Shown in pieces: positions 36,770 through 46,565 of a DNA stretch of 64,000 nt (position 1 is the first letter of the stretch; each line of letters begins with the position of its first letter). Under the pieces are notes generated by a model. It was not told where the DNA came from. It saw only the letters and a program-made list of their open reading frames with translations, and made no database searches. The DNA is from Planctomycetota bacterium. GTDB taxonomy: Bacteria > Planctomycetota > SZUA-567 > H5-PLA8. Both the position numbers and the translations under genes were made by a program. The DNA lies in NCBI GenBank assembly GCA_045863855.1, contig BTVV01000015.1, positions 16,259 through 80,258 of the forward strand, given 5' to 3'.

Positions 36770-38593
36770 ATGAAAATCGAACGTGAGATCGCCGTCCGCG
36801 CGAAGCCCGAGCAGATCTGGGCGCTGATCGCGAACACCGACAGCCTCAACCGCGAGATCGGGCTGCCGTCGGTGGCCTATGCGCTGCAACGGGAGTCGGA
36901 AGGGCGTACGCAAGTCATTGCCAAAGCCAGCGCGCTCGGCGCGTCGCTCGAGTGGATCGAACACCCCTTCGAGTGGGCCGCGCCGCGGGAGTATGTGGTG
37001 GAGCGCGAGTTCCGCAAAGGCCCGTTCGACCGTATCCGTGCAGGCGTGCGCATCGCGCGCGATCCGGCCGATACGGACCTTACGCGGGTGACGGTCTTCG
37101 CCGAAGTCGCCGCGCGCGGCGTCTTCGGGCACCTTGGCGCGTCGCTGGGGCTGACGCGCAACGTCGAACAGGTCCGCAACGCGGCCGACTCGTTCGCCAA
37201 GTATCTCAATCAGGAGCTCAATACGCCCTATCCGCGCCGCGCGGGGAAGATCAAGTGCGACACACCGGCGCTGGAGGCCGCGGCGCAGCGGCTGCTGAAA
37301 CTCGGCGGCGATCCCGGATTGTGCTCGCTCTTGTACGAACACTTGCGCACGGCGCCCGAGGAAGAAGTCGTCCGGATGCGCGCCTTCGAACTCGCCGACC
37401 GCTGGAAGTCGGAACGCCTGGCCGTGCTGGTTCTGTTTTTGCAGGCCACGCGCGCGGGGCTGGTGGACATGACCTGGAACGTGCTTTGCCCCTGCTGCCG
37501 CGTGTCCAAGCACGAGCACGGAAAGCTGCAGGACGTTCACCGCGGCTGCCATTGCGATTACTGCGGGATCAACTTCGACGCCGATCTCGACCGGCTCGTC
37601 GAGATCCGCTTCACCGTACACCCGTCGATCCGCGAGACCAAAGGCCAGGTTTTCTGCATGGGCGGCCCGCTCAATTCGCCGCACGTTTGGGCGCAGCAGC
37701 GGCTGAAACCCGGCGAACGCCGCACGCTCGAACTGGCGCTGCCGCCTGCGCGCTACACGCTGCGCATACTGCAGACCGACTTGGCGCAAGACTTCGATCT
37801 CGCTGCCGGCGACGCGGGCGAACGTGGAACCCTCTCCGCGCGCCTGGCCGACGGCCAGCTTAAGCTCGATCTGGACGAGGCGCGTGCCGGACGCTTAAGC
37901 GTGGAACTGGAGAACGCCAGCGCCGTCGAACGCGTAGTGCGGCTGGAAGAACAGGCCTGGACCGATCAGGCCGCCAGCGCCGCCCTCGTCACGACGCTGC
38001 AAGACTTCCGCGATCTCTTCAGCCGCGAGTTTCTCGCGCCGGGCGAGGAACTTGCCGTGCGCAGCCTCACCTTTATGTTCACCGACCTGAAAGGCAGCAC
38101 CGCGCTCTACGAGCAGGTCGGCGACGCCAGCGCTTACGTGCTCGTGCGCGACCACTTCAAGGTGCTGCGCAAGCACATCAAGGACCGGCACGGCACGGTG
38201 GTCAAGACGATGGGCGATGCGGTGATGGCGGTCTTCCTTTCGCCGCTCGATGCGCTGGAGGCGGCGCTCGATATCCAGCGCGAGATTCAGGCGCAGCAGC
38301 GCGCGGGCGGCGGCGCGGCGAAGGTGGCCATCAAGCTGGGCCTGCATGCCGGAGCCTGCATCGCAGTGGGCACGGACGAGCATTTGGATTACTTCGGGAC
38401 CACCGTCAATCTGGCGCAGCGCGTCCAGGCTCAAAGCGAGGGCGGGGACCTGATTCTGAGCCAAGCCATGCTGGAACGCGCGGGGGTGCGCGCGCGGCTG
38501 GAGCAGCTTGGCGCTTCGGTCGAGGCGTTCAGCGCGACGGTCAAAGGCTTCTCCGAACCGCTGGCGCTTTTCCGGATTCGCTTCGCGTGCTGA
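36770..38593 (+). CDS. SRPBCC/DUF5939-type class III adenylate/guanylate cyclase
   Basis: N-terminal SRPBCC-like region, CPCC...HCDYC, FTDLKGST, VKTMGDAVMA, DYFGTTVNLAQR. Confidence 0.88.
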   Translation: MKIEREIAVRAKPEQIWALIANTDSLNREIGLPSVAYALQRESEGRTQVIAKASALGASLEWIEHPFEWAAPREYVVEREFRKGPFDRIRAGVRIARDPADTDLTRVTVFAEVAARGVFGHLGASLGLTRNVEQVRNAADSFAKYLNQELNTPYPRRAGKIKCDTPALEAAAQRLLKLGGDPGLCSLLYEHLRTAPEEEVVRMRAFELADRWKSERLAVLVLFLQATRAGLVDMTWNVLCPCCRVSKHEHGKLQDVHRGCHCDYCGINFDADLDRLVEIRFTVHPSIRETKGQVFCMGGPLNSPHVWAQQRLKPGERRTLELALPPARYTLRILQTDLAQDFDLAAGDAGERGTLSARLADGQLKLDLDEARAGRLSVELENASAVERVVRLEEQAWTDQAASAALVTTLQDFRDLFSREFLAPGEELAVRSLTFMFTDLKGSTALYEQVGDASAYVLVRDHFKVLRKHIKDRHGTVVKTMGDAVMAVFLSPLDALEAALDIQREIQAQQRAGGGAAKVAIKLGLHAGACIAVGTDEHLDYFGTTVNLAQRVQAQSEGGDLILSQAMLERAGVRARLEQLGASVEAFSATVKGFSEPLALFRIRFAC

Positions 38594-38676
38594 AGCCGCG
38601 TCTCCCGGATTTCTCCAACCTTGCGGCGCCATCGGGCTGCGCTTAAAACCGCTCGCCCACATGCGAGGAAGCGTTC

Positions 38677-39300
38677 ATGTCCAACTCTTGGCTCGATGAA
38701 TTCAAACGCACCGGCGCAGTCTGGCTGCACGACGGAACGGCGCAGCGACCTCACGCGCTGCTCACCAGCGGCCTGCATTCGGACGGCTTCGTGAACTGCA
38801 CGTACGTCACGCAGCGCCCCGCGCTCGTGTCGCGGCTCTTGCGCGATGCGCAAGGTTTGGCGCCGAAACTGCCGAAGACCAAGATCGATTGGGTGATCGG
38901 TTCGGCTTTTGGCGCGATCACCTTCGCGCACGCGGTGGCCGAACGGCTCGAGGCGCGCGCGGGCTTCACCGAAAAAGACGGCGATGCGATGGCGCTCAAG
39001 CGCTTCGAACTCGCGCCCGGCGAGACGATCCTGGTGGTCGAAGACGTAATCTCCACCGGCGGCAGCACGCTGAAGACTCTGGAAGGGATCCGGCAGGCCG
39101 GCGGGGGCAAGGTCACGGTGCTGCCGCAGATTCTCTGCCTGGTGAACCGCAGCGGGCGCGCCGATCTCGAAGGGTATGCGATCACGCCGCTGCTGGAATT
39201 GAAAATCAACACGTGGGATGCCGCTGCCTGCCCGCTCTGCAAGCTGGGCTCGCAAGCCGTCCGGCCCAAGACGCATTGGAAAGAACTGGTCGGTTCGTAA
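38677..39300 (+). CDS. pyrE: orotate phosphoribosyltransferase
   Basis: HALLTSGLHS, VVEDVISTGGS, CPLC....AVRPK. Confidence 0.85.
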   Translation: MSNSWLDEFKRTGAVWLHDGTAQRPHALLTSGLHSDGFVNCTYVTQRPALVSRLLRDAQGLAPKLPKTKIDWVIGSAFGAITFAHAVAERLEARAGFTEKDGDAMALKRFELAPGETILVVEDVISTGGSTLKTLEGIRQAGGGKVTVLPQILCLVNRSGRADLEGYAITPLLELKINTWDAAACPLCKLGSQAVRPKTHWKELVGS

Positions 39301-39361
39301 GCGAGCGGGGGAGTATACTGAATTTTTGCGGGTACGTATCTTCCGCGCAGAGGGTATCGCC

Positions 39362-39946
39362 ATGAGCGCCACGAACGAAACGCCGGTGCAGGTGCAGATC
39401 GAAGCGACGCCGAATCCGAACAGCCACCGCTTTGCCGTGAACCGCAAGGTGCTCGAGGGCCCCGGTCGCGATTTTCCGCATCGCGGCGCCGCGCTCGGTT
39501 CGCCGCTGCCCGAGGAACTTTTCAAGATGCCCGGCGTGGCCGGCGTTTTCGTGGGCCCCGATTTCGTGACCGTCACGATGCAGGAAGGTTCGGCTTGGGG
39601 CAACGTGAAGGGCCTGATCCGCGAGCTGGTCGCTGATTTCGTGGAGCGCGGCGAAGCGCCGGTGGGCGCGCCGCCGCCCGAGATGAAGCCCGGCGCGCAC
39701 AGCGCCGAGGCCGCCACCGAACTCGATAAGCGCATCGTCGAAGTGCTGGACCGCGAGATTCGGCCGGCCGTGGCCATGGACGGCGGCGACATCGTCTTCG
39801 CCGGATTCGACAACGGCGTGGTGATGCTGAAGCTTAAGGGCTCTTGCAACGGCTGCCCCAGCAGCATGATGACGCTGCGCATGGGTATCGAAAGCCGGCT
39901 GAAAGCGCAGTTCCCGGAAGTCGAATCGGTCCAGGCCGTGCCGTGA
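39362..39946 (+). CDS. NifU/Nfu family Fe-S scaffold
   Basis: ATPNPNS, IRPAVAMDGGDI, GSCNGCPSS. Confidence 0.92.
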   Translation: MSATNETPVQVQIEATPNPNSHRFAVNRKVLEGPGRDFPHRGAALGSPLPEELFKMPGVAGVFVGPDFVTVTMQEGSAWGNVKGLIRELVADFVERGEAPVGAPPPEMKPGAHSAEAATELDKRIVEVLDREIRPAVAMDGGDIVFAGFDNGVVMLKLKGSCNGCPSSMMTLRMGIESRLKAQFPEVESVQAVP

Positions 39947-39977
39947 GTTGAAAAGCGGACCGCAAGGAGAATGGTTC

Positions 39978-40361
39978 GTGCCTTACTACGACGTCACCAT
40001 CGAGACGCACTTTTGCGCCGCGCACGCGCTGCGCGATTACAAGGGCGCCACCGAACCCGTCCACGGGCACAACTTTAAGGTATGCGTAACCATCACCGGG
40101 CGCACGGTCGATAAGGCGGGCATGACGATCGATTTTCTCGATCTCAAGCCGCTCATCGACGAAGAGGTCGGCCGCATGCACTACGGCAATTTGAATACCG
40201 ACGTGCCGGAATTCGGCCCTCGGAAGCTAAGCCCCAGCGCGGAGAACATCGCCCGCGTGTTGTACCTGAGGCTCAAGAAGCGCCTGCCCAAGGCGGTGCG
40301 CATGGCCAGCGTGCAGGTGTACGAGTCTCCCGGCTGCTCTGCGACGTACCGCGAGCGTTGA
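39978..40361 (+). CDS. queD: 6-carboxytetrahydropterin synthase
   Basis: FCAAHAL, VHGHNF, PSAENIA, VYES; AAGGAG RBS. Confidence 0.88.
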   Translation: MPYYDVTIETHFCAAHALRDYKGATEPVHGHNFKVCVTITGRTVDKAGMTIDFLDLKPLIDEEVGRMHYGNLNTDVPEFGPRKLSPSAENIARVLYLRLKKRLPKAVRMASVQVYESPGCSATYRER

Positions 40362-40486
40362 GCGATGACCGCGGAAAGCCCATTTGCGCTTGGTCTTTCG
40401 CGCCCGTTAGGGTATGCCTTCAGTCTTGGTTCGCACGCCAACGTGCCCACGAGTCGAAGTCGATACCGGCAGGAGAGCCCATCCAC

Positions 40487-41224
40487 GTGGCTGAGTCCGT
40501 GACTGTCATCGCTCTGCGCGGCGCGCTGCATGCTGCGCCGGAGAACACCGTTCCCGCAATCAAGGAAGCCGTGAAGGCTGGGGTCGATATCGTGGCGCTG
40601 GACGTGCAGCCCACGTCCGACCACGTGCCGATTCTGATCGGCGACACGCGGGTCGACCGGGTCACCAACGGCCAAGGCAAGGTGACGCAACTTGCGCTGA
40701 AGGAGATCCAGTCGCTCGACGCGGGGAGCTGGTTCGACGCCAAGTTCAAAGGCACGTCCGTCGCGACGCTGGAAGACGGGCTGGCGGCGCTGGGCAAGAA
40801 GACGCGCGGTATGTTCATCCTGCCGCAGGTGGACGCGGGCTCCGCGTTCGGCGGGAACCTGCTTGCGCTGCTGAAGGGCCGCGCGGGCACCGGCGACCTG
40901 CTGGTCTGCCCCGATTCCGGAACGTTGAAGTCGTTGCGCGAAAAGGCACCCGATTTCGAGTATGTGCTCGCGCTGGACGAAAAAGTGGACGGGTGGCTGC
41001 ACATCGAAAAGGCGCGCAGCTTGAAGCTCAACTTCATCCGCCCGCACACGCGGCAGCTTAACGCCAAGCTCGTCGGCAACGCGCACGGCAAGAAGCTTAA
41101 GGTGTACGCCCACTTCGCCGACGAGGCGGACGAGATGGCCGAACTGATCGAGATGAAGGTGGACGGCATCGTGACCGGCCGGCCCGAGCGGCTCCAGGAT
41201 CTGCTCGCCGGCGCGAAAAAATAG
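40487..41224 (+). CDS. glycerophosphodiester phosphodiesterase-fold protein (catalytic residues substituted)
   Basis: APENT and LDAGSWFDAKFKG..V.TLED intact, but IALRG, VALD and IGD replace IAHRG, IExD and xHD. Confidence 0.85.
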   Translation: MAESVTVIALRGALHAAPENTVPAIKEAVKAGVDIVALDVQPTSDHVPILIGDTRVDRVTNGQGKVTQLALKEIQSLDAGSWFDAKFKGTSVATLEDGLAALGKKTRGMFILPQVDAGSAFGGNLLALLKGRAGTGDLLVCPDSGTLKSLREKAPDFEYVLALDEKVDGWLHIEKARSLKLNFIRPHTRQLNAKLVGNAHGKKLKVYAHFADEADEMAELIEMKVDGIVTGRPERLQDLLAGAKK

Positions 41225-41264
41225 GCCGCGCTTGACCAGGAGGCGGCCGCAAGGCCGCGCCCCG

Positions 41265-42317
41265 ATGCTTCTGGACGATCTGCTTAAAAGCCCCGGCGAA
41301 TGGCTGGGCGGCGCCGGCCCTCAAGCCGACATTGTCATTTCCGGCCGCGTGCGCATGGCCCGCAATCTGGCTAAGTACCGCTTCATCTCGCGCATGGACA
41401 CGGCCGAACGCCAAGCCGTCGTCGATCTCGTCAAAAGCTGCCTGATCGCCCGCGGCGTGGCGCCCGCCGACCGCATTTTCGAACTCCAGCAAGTCCCCAA
41501 GCTCGACTGCAAGCTTCTCGTCGAACGCCATCTGATCAGCAAGGAGCACGAAGAAGCGCCGCATCCGCGCGGCGTCGCCATCGGCGACGGCGAAGCCGTT
41601 TCGGTGATGTTCAACGAGGAAGACCACATCCGCCTGCAGGTGCTCAAGAGCGGGATGCGTTTGCAGGAGACGTTTGTCCAGGCGCAAGGCGTGGATGCGA
41701 AGCTCGACGAAGACCTCGATTTCGCGTTCTCCGCCGACTTGGGCTACCTGACCGCTTGTCCCACCAACGTCGGCACCGGGATGCGCGTCTCCGTGATGCT
41801 GCACCTGCCCGCGCTGGTGATCACGCGGCATATCGAGAAGGTCTTCCAGGCGGTCAGCAAGATCAACCTCGCGGTCCGCGGCCTGTACGGCGAAGGGACC
41901 GAGGCCAGCGGGCACTTCTACCAGATCAGCAACCAGGTCACGCTGGGCAAGACCGAGGCCGATATTGTCGCGAACGTCGAGCAGGTGATACCGACGATCG
42001 TGAATTACGAACGCAAAGCGCGCGAAGAGCTGCTGAAGAAGGACCGCGTGCGCCTCGAAGACCGCGTCTGGCGCGCGTACGGGTTGCTCAAGCATGTGCG
42101 CGTGATGACCAGCGACGAGTCGATGATGCTGCTCAGCGCCGTGCGCATGGGCGTGCACCTCGGCATCCTGCCGGGGCTGGATATCGGCACCGTCAACGAA
42201 CTCTTTCTCTTCTCGCAGCCCGCGCACTTGCAGAAGCTGGCCGGCAAGGCGCTCGAAGCCCACCAGCGCGACATCCGGCGCGCCGAATTCATCCGCGGGC
42301 GTCTCGAAAGCAACTAA
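41265..42317 (+). CDS. mcsB: protein arginine kinase McsB
   Basis: ISGRVRMARN, LVERHLIS, NEEDHIR, LTACPTNVGTGMR, RGLYGEG, QISNQVTLG, QPAHLQ. Confidence 0.95.
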   Translation: MLLDDLLKSPGEWLGGAGPQADIVISGRVRMARNLAKYRFISRMDTAERQAVVDLVKSCLIARGVAPADRIFELQQVPKLDCKLLVERHLISKEHEEAPHPRGVAIGDGEAVSVMFNEEDHIRLQVLKSGMRLQETFVQAQGVDAKLDEDLDFAFSADLGYLTACPTNVGTGMRVSVMLHLPALVITRHIEKVFQAVSKINLAVRGLYGEGTEASGHFYQISNQVTLGKTEADIVANVEQVIPTIVNYERKAREELLKKDRVRLEDRVWRAYGLLKHVRVMTSDESMMLLSAVRMGVHLGILPGLDIGTVNELFLFSQPAHLQKLAGKALEAHQRDIRRAEFIRGRLESN

Positions 42318-42340
42318 AAGCTTTTCCTGTTGAACGAGAA

Positions 42341-44011
42341 TTACCGGAGCGGGCCTTCCGCCGGCCACGCCAGCTCGCCTTCGCGCCACGGCCGAATAAT
42401 CTGATTGTTGGTGCCGAAGTAGAATTCGTGCCCGTGCGCGCGCGGACAGTACCACACGCGCGAGACGATCCGGGCGTCGGCGCGCATCTCTTCCAGCGTC
42501 GCCAGGCGGGAATGGTCCAGCGCCGGGTACCAATGCCCCATCATCCCGTCGATGACAACGTGCCCGTCAGGGCTGTCGAGCAGCGTCGCCAAATGCCCGC
42601 GCAAGCCCAGCGTATACCCCTTGATCGGCACACCCAGGCGCGCGCCGATCAGTTCGGCCAAGCACGCTCCGATGCGCGACGTATCGCTGCAGAAGCACCC
42701 CGCCAGCCGCACGACGGTGCGGACTTCCGACTGTGTGCTCACGCGCGACCAACTCGCCGAATGCCGTGTCACGCAAGGGTGGAAGATCCAGAGCGCCGCC
42801 GCGGCCAGCGCGTCGCGCCAATCGGGAAAGCGTTCCGCCAGTAAGTCGGCCACGCGCTCGAAAGCATCCTCGCGCATCAAATCCAGATGCGCCTCGCCTT
42901 CGAGGTCGGCAAGCCAGAAGTCGCTCGGCGCGCCATCCCGCGTAGTGCGGTGCTCGTAGGCCGGCAGCCGGGCGAGGATGTACGCGCGCATCAGGTCGAG
43001 GTACGCCGGATCGTTCTTGGCTGGGCGTTCTGGGAGCCGCGCGCGCCCCGCGCGCCCGAATCGTTCCCGCGCGATGATGCCCAGATCGAAGCCGAACGGG
43101 TACGCGCCCGACCAGAGCGGAGTCCCCGCCTCGTCTTCGATGCGCAATTCCAGCCGGGCCGTCAGCAGAAGATCGTTCGACCATTTCGCGCGCGCCGGGA
43201 ACGCAACCGGATACTCCGCGCGCCACCCGTCGCCGGCCGCATGCCAGCGCACGGGCTCGAGGGTCTGCTCGGAGTCGCCGGGCAGCACAAGCTTCGCGCG
43301 AATGCGTCCGGCGTTTGGGGCCGTGCCTGGCCTGCGCCCGCTCAGCGCCAGCGCGCAGGGCCGATCCCAGGCCGGTTCGGGAACTTCCAGGCGCTCCAGC
43401 ACGAGCGGCGCGCTATGGAGATGCAGATCGCCGAAGGCGAGGGGCGTGTCCGCGGCCCAAGCGGGCATCGCCGGCCACGTGAGCGGGTCCGGGACCACTT
43501 CCTCGTGGAAGCCTGCTTTCACCGCGAAGCCGACGGGCTGCGCAGAGGCGTTCAGCGCGCCGGGGGACAGGCGCAGGGAAGCCCACCAGCCGCCATCGGG
43601 CAACCGTTTGAACGAGCCCAGCGCGGTCGGCGGGTCGGGCAGCTTTTTGGAGGGCTTATCGCCCGGGGCTTCGCCCGGCGCGATCCATTCGGCGGTGGCG
43701 TGCACCGCGCCGGTATCGTCCACGGCGTACATCCAGCGCGTGGCGTGGTCGTGGGCCGGATCGAGAAAGAAGACCGCGTGGTCGCGCAGATACCATTCGG
43801 GGAAGGACGGGCGAGGCGAGGCCGGCCCATGGGCCAGAACCGCGAGTTCCATGCCGTCCGCGCCGCAACGCAGGCCCACCTGCGCGCGCCTGCCCGCGGC
43901 ATCGGGGCCTAACGCCAGAGCCGGCGTGGAGGCCAGTCTTTCGGGAAGCAGCGGCGCATCGCCCGAGGAGGCGAATACGGCCGGCGATGCGAGATCGAGG
44001 CTCCAGCGCAT
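42341..44011 (-). CDS. hypothetical protein with possible C-terminal transglutaminase-like triad
   Basis: GCFCSD...RGHL...VIDG spacing; N-terminus loosely CBM9-like. Confidence 0.7.
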   Translation of the reverse strand: MRWSLDLASPAVFASSGDAPLLPERLASTPALALGPDAAGRRAQVGLRCGADGMELAVLAHGPASPRPSFPEWYLRDHAVFFLDPAHDHATRWMYAVDDTGAVHATAEWIAPGEAPGDKPSKKLPDPPTALGSFKRLPDGGWWASLRLSPGALNASAQPVGFAVKAGFHEEVVPDPLTWPAMPAWAADTPLAFGDLHLHSAPLVLERLEVPEPAWDRPCALALSGRRPGTAPNAGRIRAKLVLPGDSEQTLEPVRWHAAGDGWRAEYPVAFPARAKWSNDLLLTARLELRIEDEAGTPLWSGAYPFGFDLGIIARERFGRAGRARLPERPAKNDPAYLDLMRAYILARLPAYEHRTTRDGAPSDFWLADLEGEAHLDLMREDAFERVADLLAERFPDWRDALAAAALWIFHPCVTRHSASWSRVSTQSEVRTVVRLAGCFCSDTSRIGACLAELIGARLGVPIKGYTLGLRGHLATLLDSPDGHVVIDGMMGHWYPALDHSRLATLEEMRADARIVSRVWYCPRAHGHEFYFGTNNQIIRPWREGELAWPAEGPLR

Positions 44012-44016
44012 GAAGG

Positions 44017-45498
44017 CTATTTTGCAGCCACCGCGCGCTCGATGTAAAGCATCTTCGGCGGCAAGTTGCCGCCCGCTTCGAGCGTGAAGGTATGCGGGAG
44101 CTTCTCGATCGTCTCCGTCACCGTCTTCGCTTCTGCGTAGGTCACGCGCTGCGGTTGGTCGTAGCGGTCCAGCTTGCCGGGCGCGGTTGTCTCCTGGAAC
44201 GCGTAGGTGACTTTCAGGACCGTCCCTTCGGGCAGTTTGTTGTCCTTCGTCGAGACGGTAATCTCGTTCTTGCCGTTGTAGAGGAACGGCTGCGCGCCGC
44301 GGTTGTGCTCGACGATCGCGTTGACCGCGAACTTTGTCAGCGCGCCGCCGAATTCGGCCTTAAACCAGACGTTGTATTTCTGACGCACCTGCGCCGAAAC
44401 GTCGCCCGGCGCGGCTTCGGCCCACGTCTTGCCGCCGTCCACCGAAACGAAGAGCTTGCCCGCGCCCTCGAAAGCGGCCTCCACCGTCGCCGATGCGTAC
44501 GGGTAGCTCAACGGCAGCTTGAAAATCGCGGAACCGGCCCCGCTCGCGGCGAGTTTGCCGCCCTGCGCCTGCGCGTTGGCGAGGATCACGTCGGCCAGAT
44601 CGGCCGGCTTGGCGAAATCCGGTGCGTAGGTAAAGGTTCCGTTCGAGAAATTGCGCGGACCGTAATGCATGAAGATCGGCCCCAGGACGGCATCGTAGCG
44701 GAAGTCCTTCGTACCGCAGGTATGCACACCCTTGGTGCCGTTTGCGACCATCTGGCCCTCTTTGCCCTGCCACTCCAGGCGCAACGCAGCGCCGGACGGA
44801 AGGCTCAAGAGCGGCGCGTAACCTTGGTCGCGGCCCGTCACCGAAGCCCAGCCATCCGTATGCTTCGAGACACCGTTCGCCTTGGAGTTCTTGCAGCCCT
44901 GCACGATCCCGTCAGCCGTGTCGCCGCAGCAGAGGAACCCGTGCGGCGGCACGCGGCCTTCTTCCTTGGCCGCGAGTACGATGCTCGGATCGGCCACGAT
45001 GTCGTCCTGCCCCGCGATCGTGGACTTGTCCTTCATCCAGAAGTAGCTCTTCAGAAAGACGTCGAAGTAGTGCCACTTGCCATCGTACTGCACTTCCACG
45101 GTGGTATGTCCGGGGCTGCTCCAGCCGCGGTAGCGGACCGGCCAGCCGGCGGTTTCGAAGACAGCCTTCATGACCGTATGCTGCCCGCCGCAGAGGCCCC
45201 AGCCGTACACGTTAATTACCTTCAGCGGCCCGGTGGATTGCGGCGCCGCTTCCTTGGGATACGCATTATGGAAGAGCACCAGATGCAGGTAGTCGTACAG
45301 GGCGATCGCTTTCTCGTCGTTCGTCTTCGCACCGGCAAGCCGAATTACGTCGGCGACCAGCGTCTCCAGCGAACTGGCGTCCACGGTCCGGTCGGTCGTG
45401 ACCTTGTAGGCCTCGACCGCGGCTTGCGTGGAAGTAGTCCACGCCAGCGCCGCCATCAGACCGATGGCCGCCACGTACTTAAAGGATGAAGAGTGCAT
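44017..45498 (-). CDS. secreted transglutaminase-like protein
   Basis: Signal peptide; GWGLCG...PGHTTVEVQYDGKWHYFD (Cys-His-Asp). Confidence 0.82.
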   Translation of the reverse strand: MHSSSFKYVAAIGLMAALAWTTSTQAAVEAYKVTTDRTVDASSLETLVADVIRLAGAKTNDEKAIALYDYLHLVLFHNAYPKEAAPQSTGPLKVINVYGWGLCGGQHTVMKAVFETAGWPVRYRGWSSPGHTTVEVQYDGKWHYFDVFLKSYFWMKDKSTIAGQDDIVADPSIVLAAKEEGRVPPHGFLCCGDTADGIVQGCKNSKANGVSKHTDGWASVTGRDQGYAPLLSLPSGAALRLEWQGKEGQMVANGTKGVHTCGTKDFRYDAVLGPIFMHYGPRNFSNGTFTYAPDFAKPADLADVILANAQAQGGKLAASGAGSAIFKLPLSYPYASATVEAAFEGAGKLFVSVDGGKTWAEAAPGDVSAQVRQKYNVWFKAEFGGALTKFAVNAIVEHNRGAQPFLYNGKNEITVSTKDNKLPEGTVLKVTYAFQETTAPGKLDRYDQPQRVTYAEAKTVTETIEKLPHTFTLEAGGNLPPKMLYIERAVAAK

Positions 45499-45530
45499 TG
45501 GGAGGCTCCTGGAGACCGCATGTCCTAGTG

Positions 45531-45554
45531 ATATATACAACCGGTTGTCTATAT
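45531..45554. promoter_or_regulatory. palindromic operator-like site in AT-rich divergent intergenic region
   Basis: ATATATACAACCGGTTGTCTATAT, 11 of 12 bp complementary. Confidence 0.55.
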
Positions 45555-45695
45555 TTATGGGCCAAATTTATGAATTTATAACTTATTGTCTTATTTGTGT
45601 TTATAAAGCACGACGGTGTGTGGGTGGATGAGCCGAGGCCCTTTGGGTGCTCGATTCTTGACTTTGCCGCCCCAGACGCAAAGCTCGCATCAGGC

Positions 45696-46565
45696 ATGGA
45701 ACGTCTCGTGAACACAACCGCCTCCGAACCCCTGGATTTTGCCGCCAAGGTCCGCTGGCGGATCGAGCACGACCGTAATCCGTTATTGGTCACCCTCCAA
45801 GACAAATACGCCGCGCGCGCTTACGTGGAAGCGCGTGGAGTGGCGACGGCACGTCTGCTTTGGCATTCCCATCGGCCCGGCGGGATACCGTTTCGTCGCT
45901 TGGGCGATCGGTTCATCGTCAAGGCGGCTCACGGATGCGGCTGGAACCTGATCGGCTGGGACGGCGGGCTTTACCGCTTCGGCAACGGCGAAGGGCTGCT
46001 GCATCCCGATGGGTCGCTCAACCTCGCCGCGCCCTCGCTGTACCGTCTCGACCGCGAAATGTGGCAGCGCCAATGCGATTACTGGCTGAGCATCCGGCAC
46101 AACAAGGGCGAGTGGGCGTATCAGCACATTCCACCGCGCATCGTGATCGAGGAGTGGCTGCGCGCGCGCGACGGCTGCGACCTGAAAGATTACCGCTGCT
46201 ACGTCTTCGACGGCCGAGTCGCGGCGATCAATATCGGTTCGCCCCGTTTGCGTGAGCGGGGCGAGAACATCTTTTTCGATCCGGAATGGAACCCCATCGA
46301 ACTGACGCGCTACGAAGAAACGCTGCCCGATCCGCTGCCCCCGCGCCCTACCGATCTGGCGGGCCTGCTGCGCGCCGCCGAGGCGCTCGGGCGCGGCATC
46401 GATTTCGTGCGCGTCGATCTGTACGAGACCGACTGCGGCATCGTGGCCGGCGAATTGACCGTGTACCCGCAGGCGGGGCTGCCCAACACGCCGACGGCCT
46501 GCCCCAAGTTTAACGCCTGGCTGGGCGCGCAGTGGAAGCTGCCGGAATCGCCGCCCACGCTCTAA
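45696..46565 (+). CDS. TupA-like ATP-grasp protein
   Basis: DKYAARAYV, FIVKAAHGCG, EWAYQHIPPRIVIEEWL, DYRCYVFDG, DFVRVDLY, GELTVYP; start uncertain. Confidence 0.88.
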   Translation: MERLVNTTASEPLDFAAKVRWRIEHDRNPLLVTLQDKYAARAYVEARGVATARLLWHSHRPGGIPFRRLGDRFIVKAAHGCGWNLIGWDGGLYRFGNGEGLLHPDGSLNLAAPSLYRLDREMWQRQCDYWLSIRHNKGEWAYQHIPPRIVIEEWLRARDGCDLKDYRCYVFDGRVAAINIGSPRLRERGENIFFDPEWNPIELTRYEETLPDPLPPRPTDLAGLLRAAEALGRGIDFVRVDLYETDCGIVAGELTVYPQAGLPNTPTACPKFNAWLGAQWKLPESPPTL

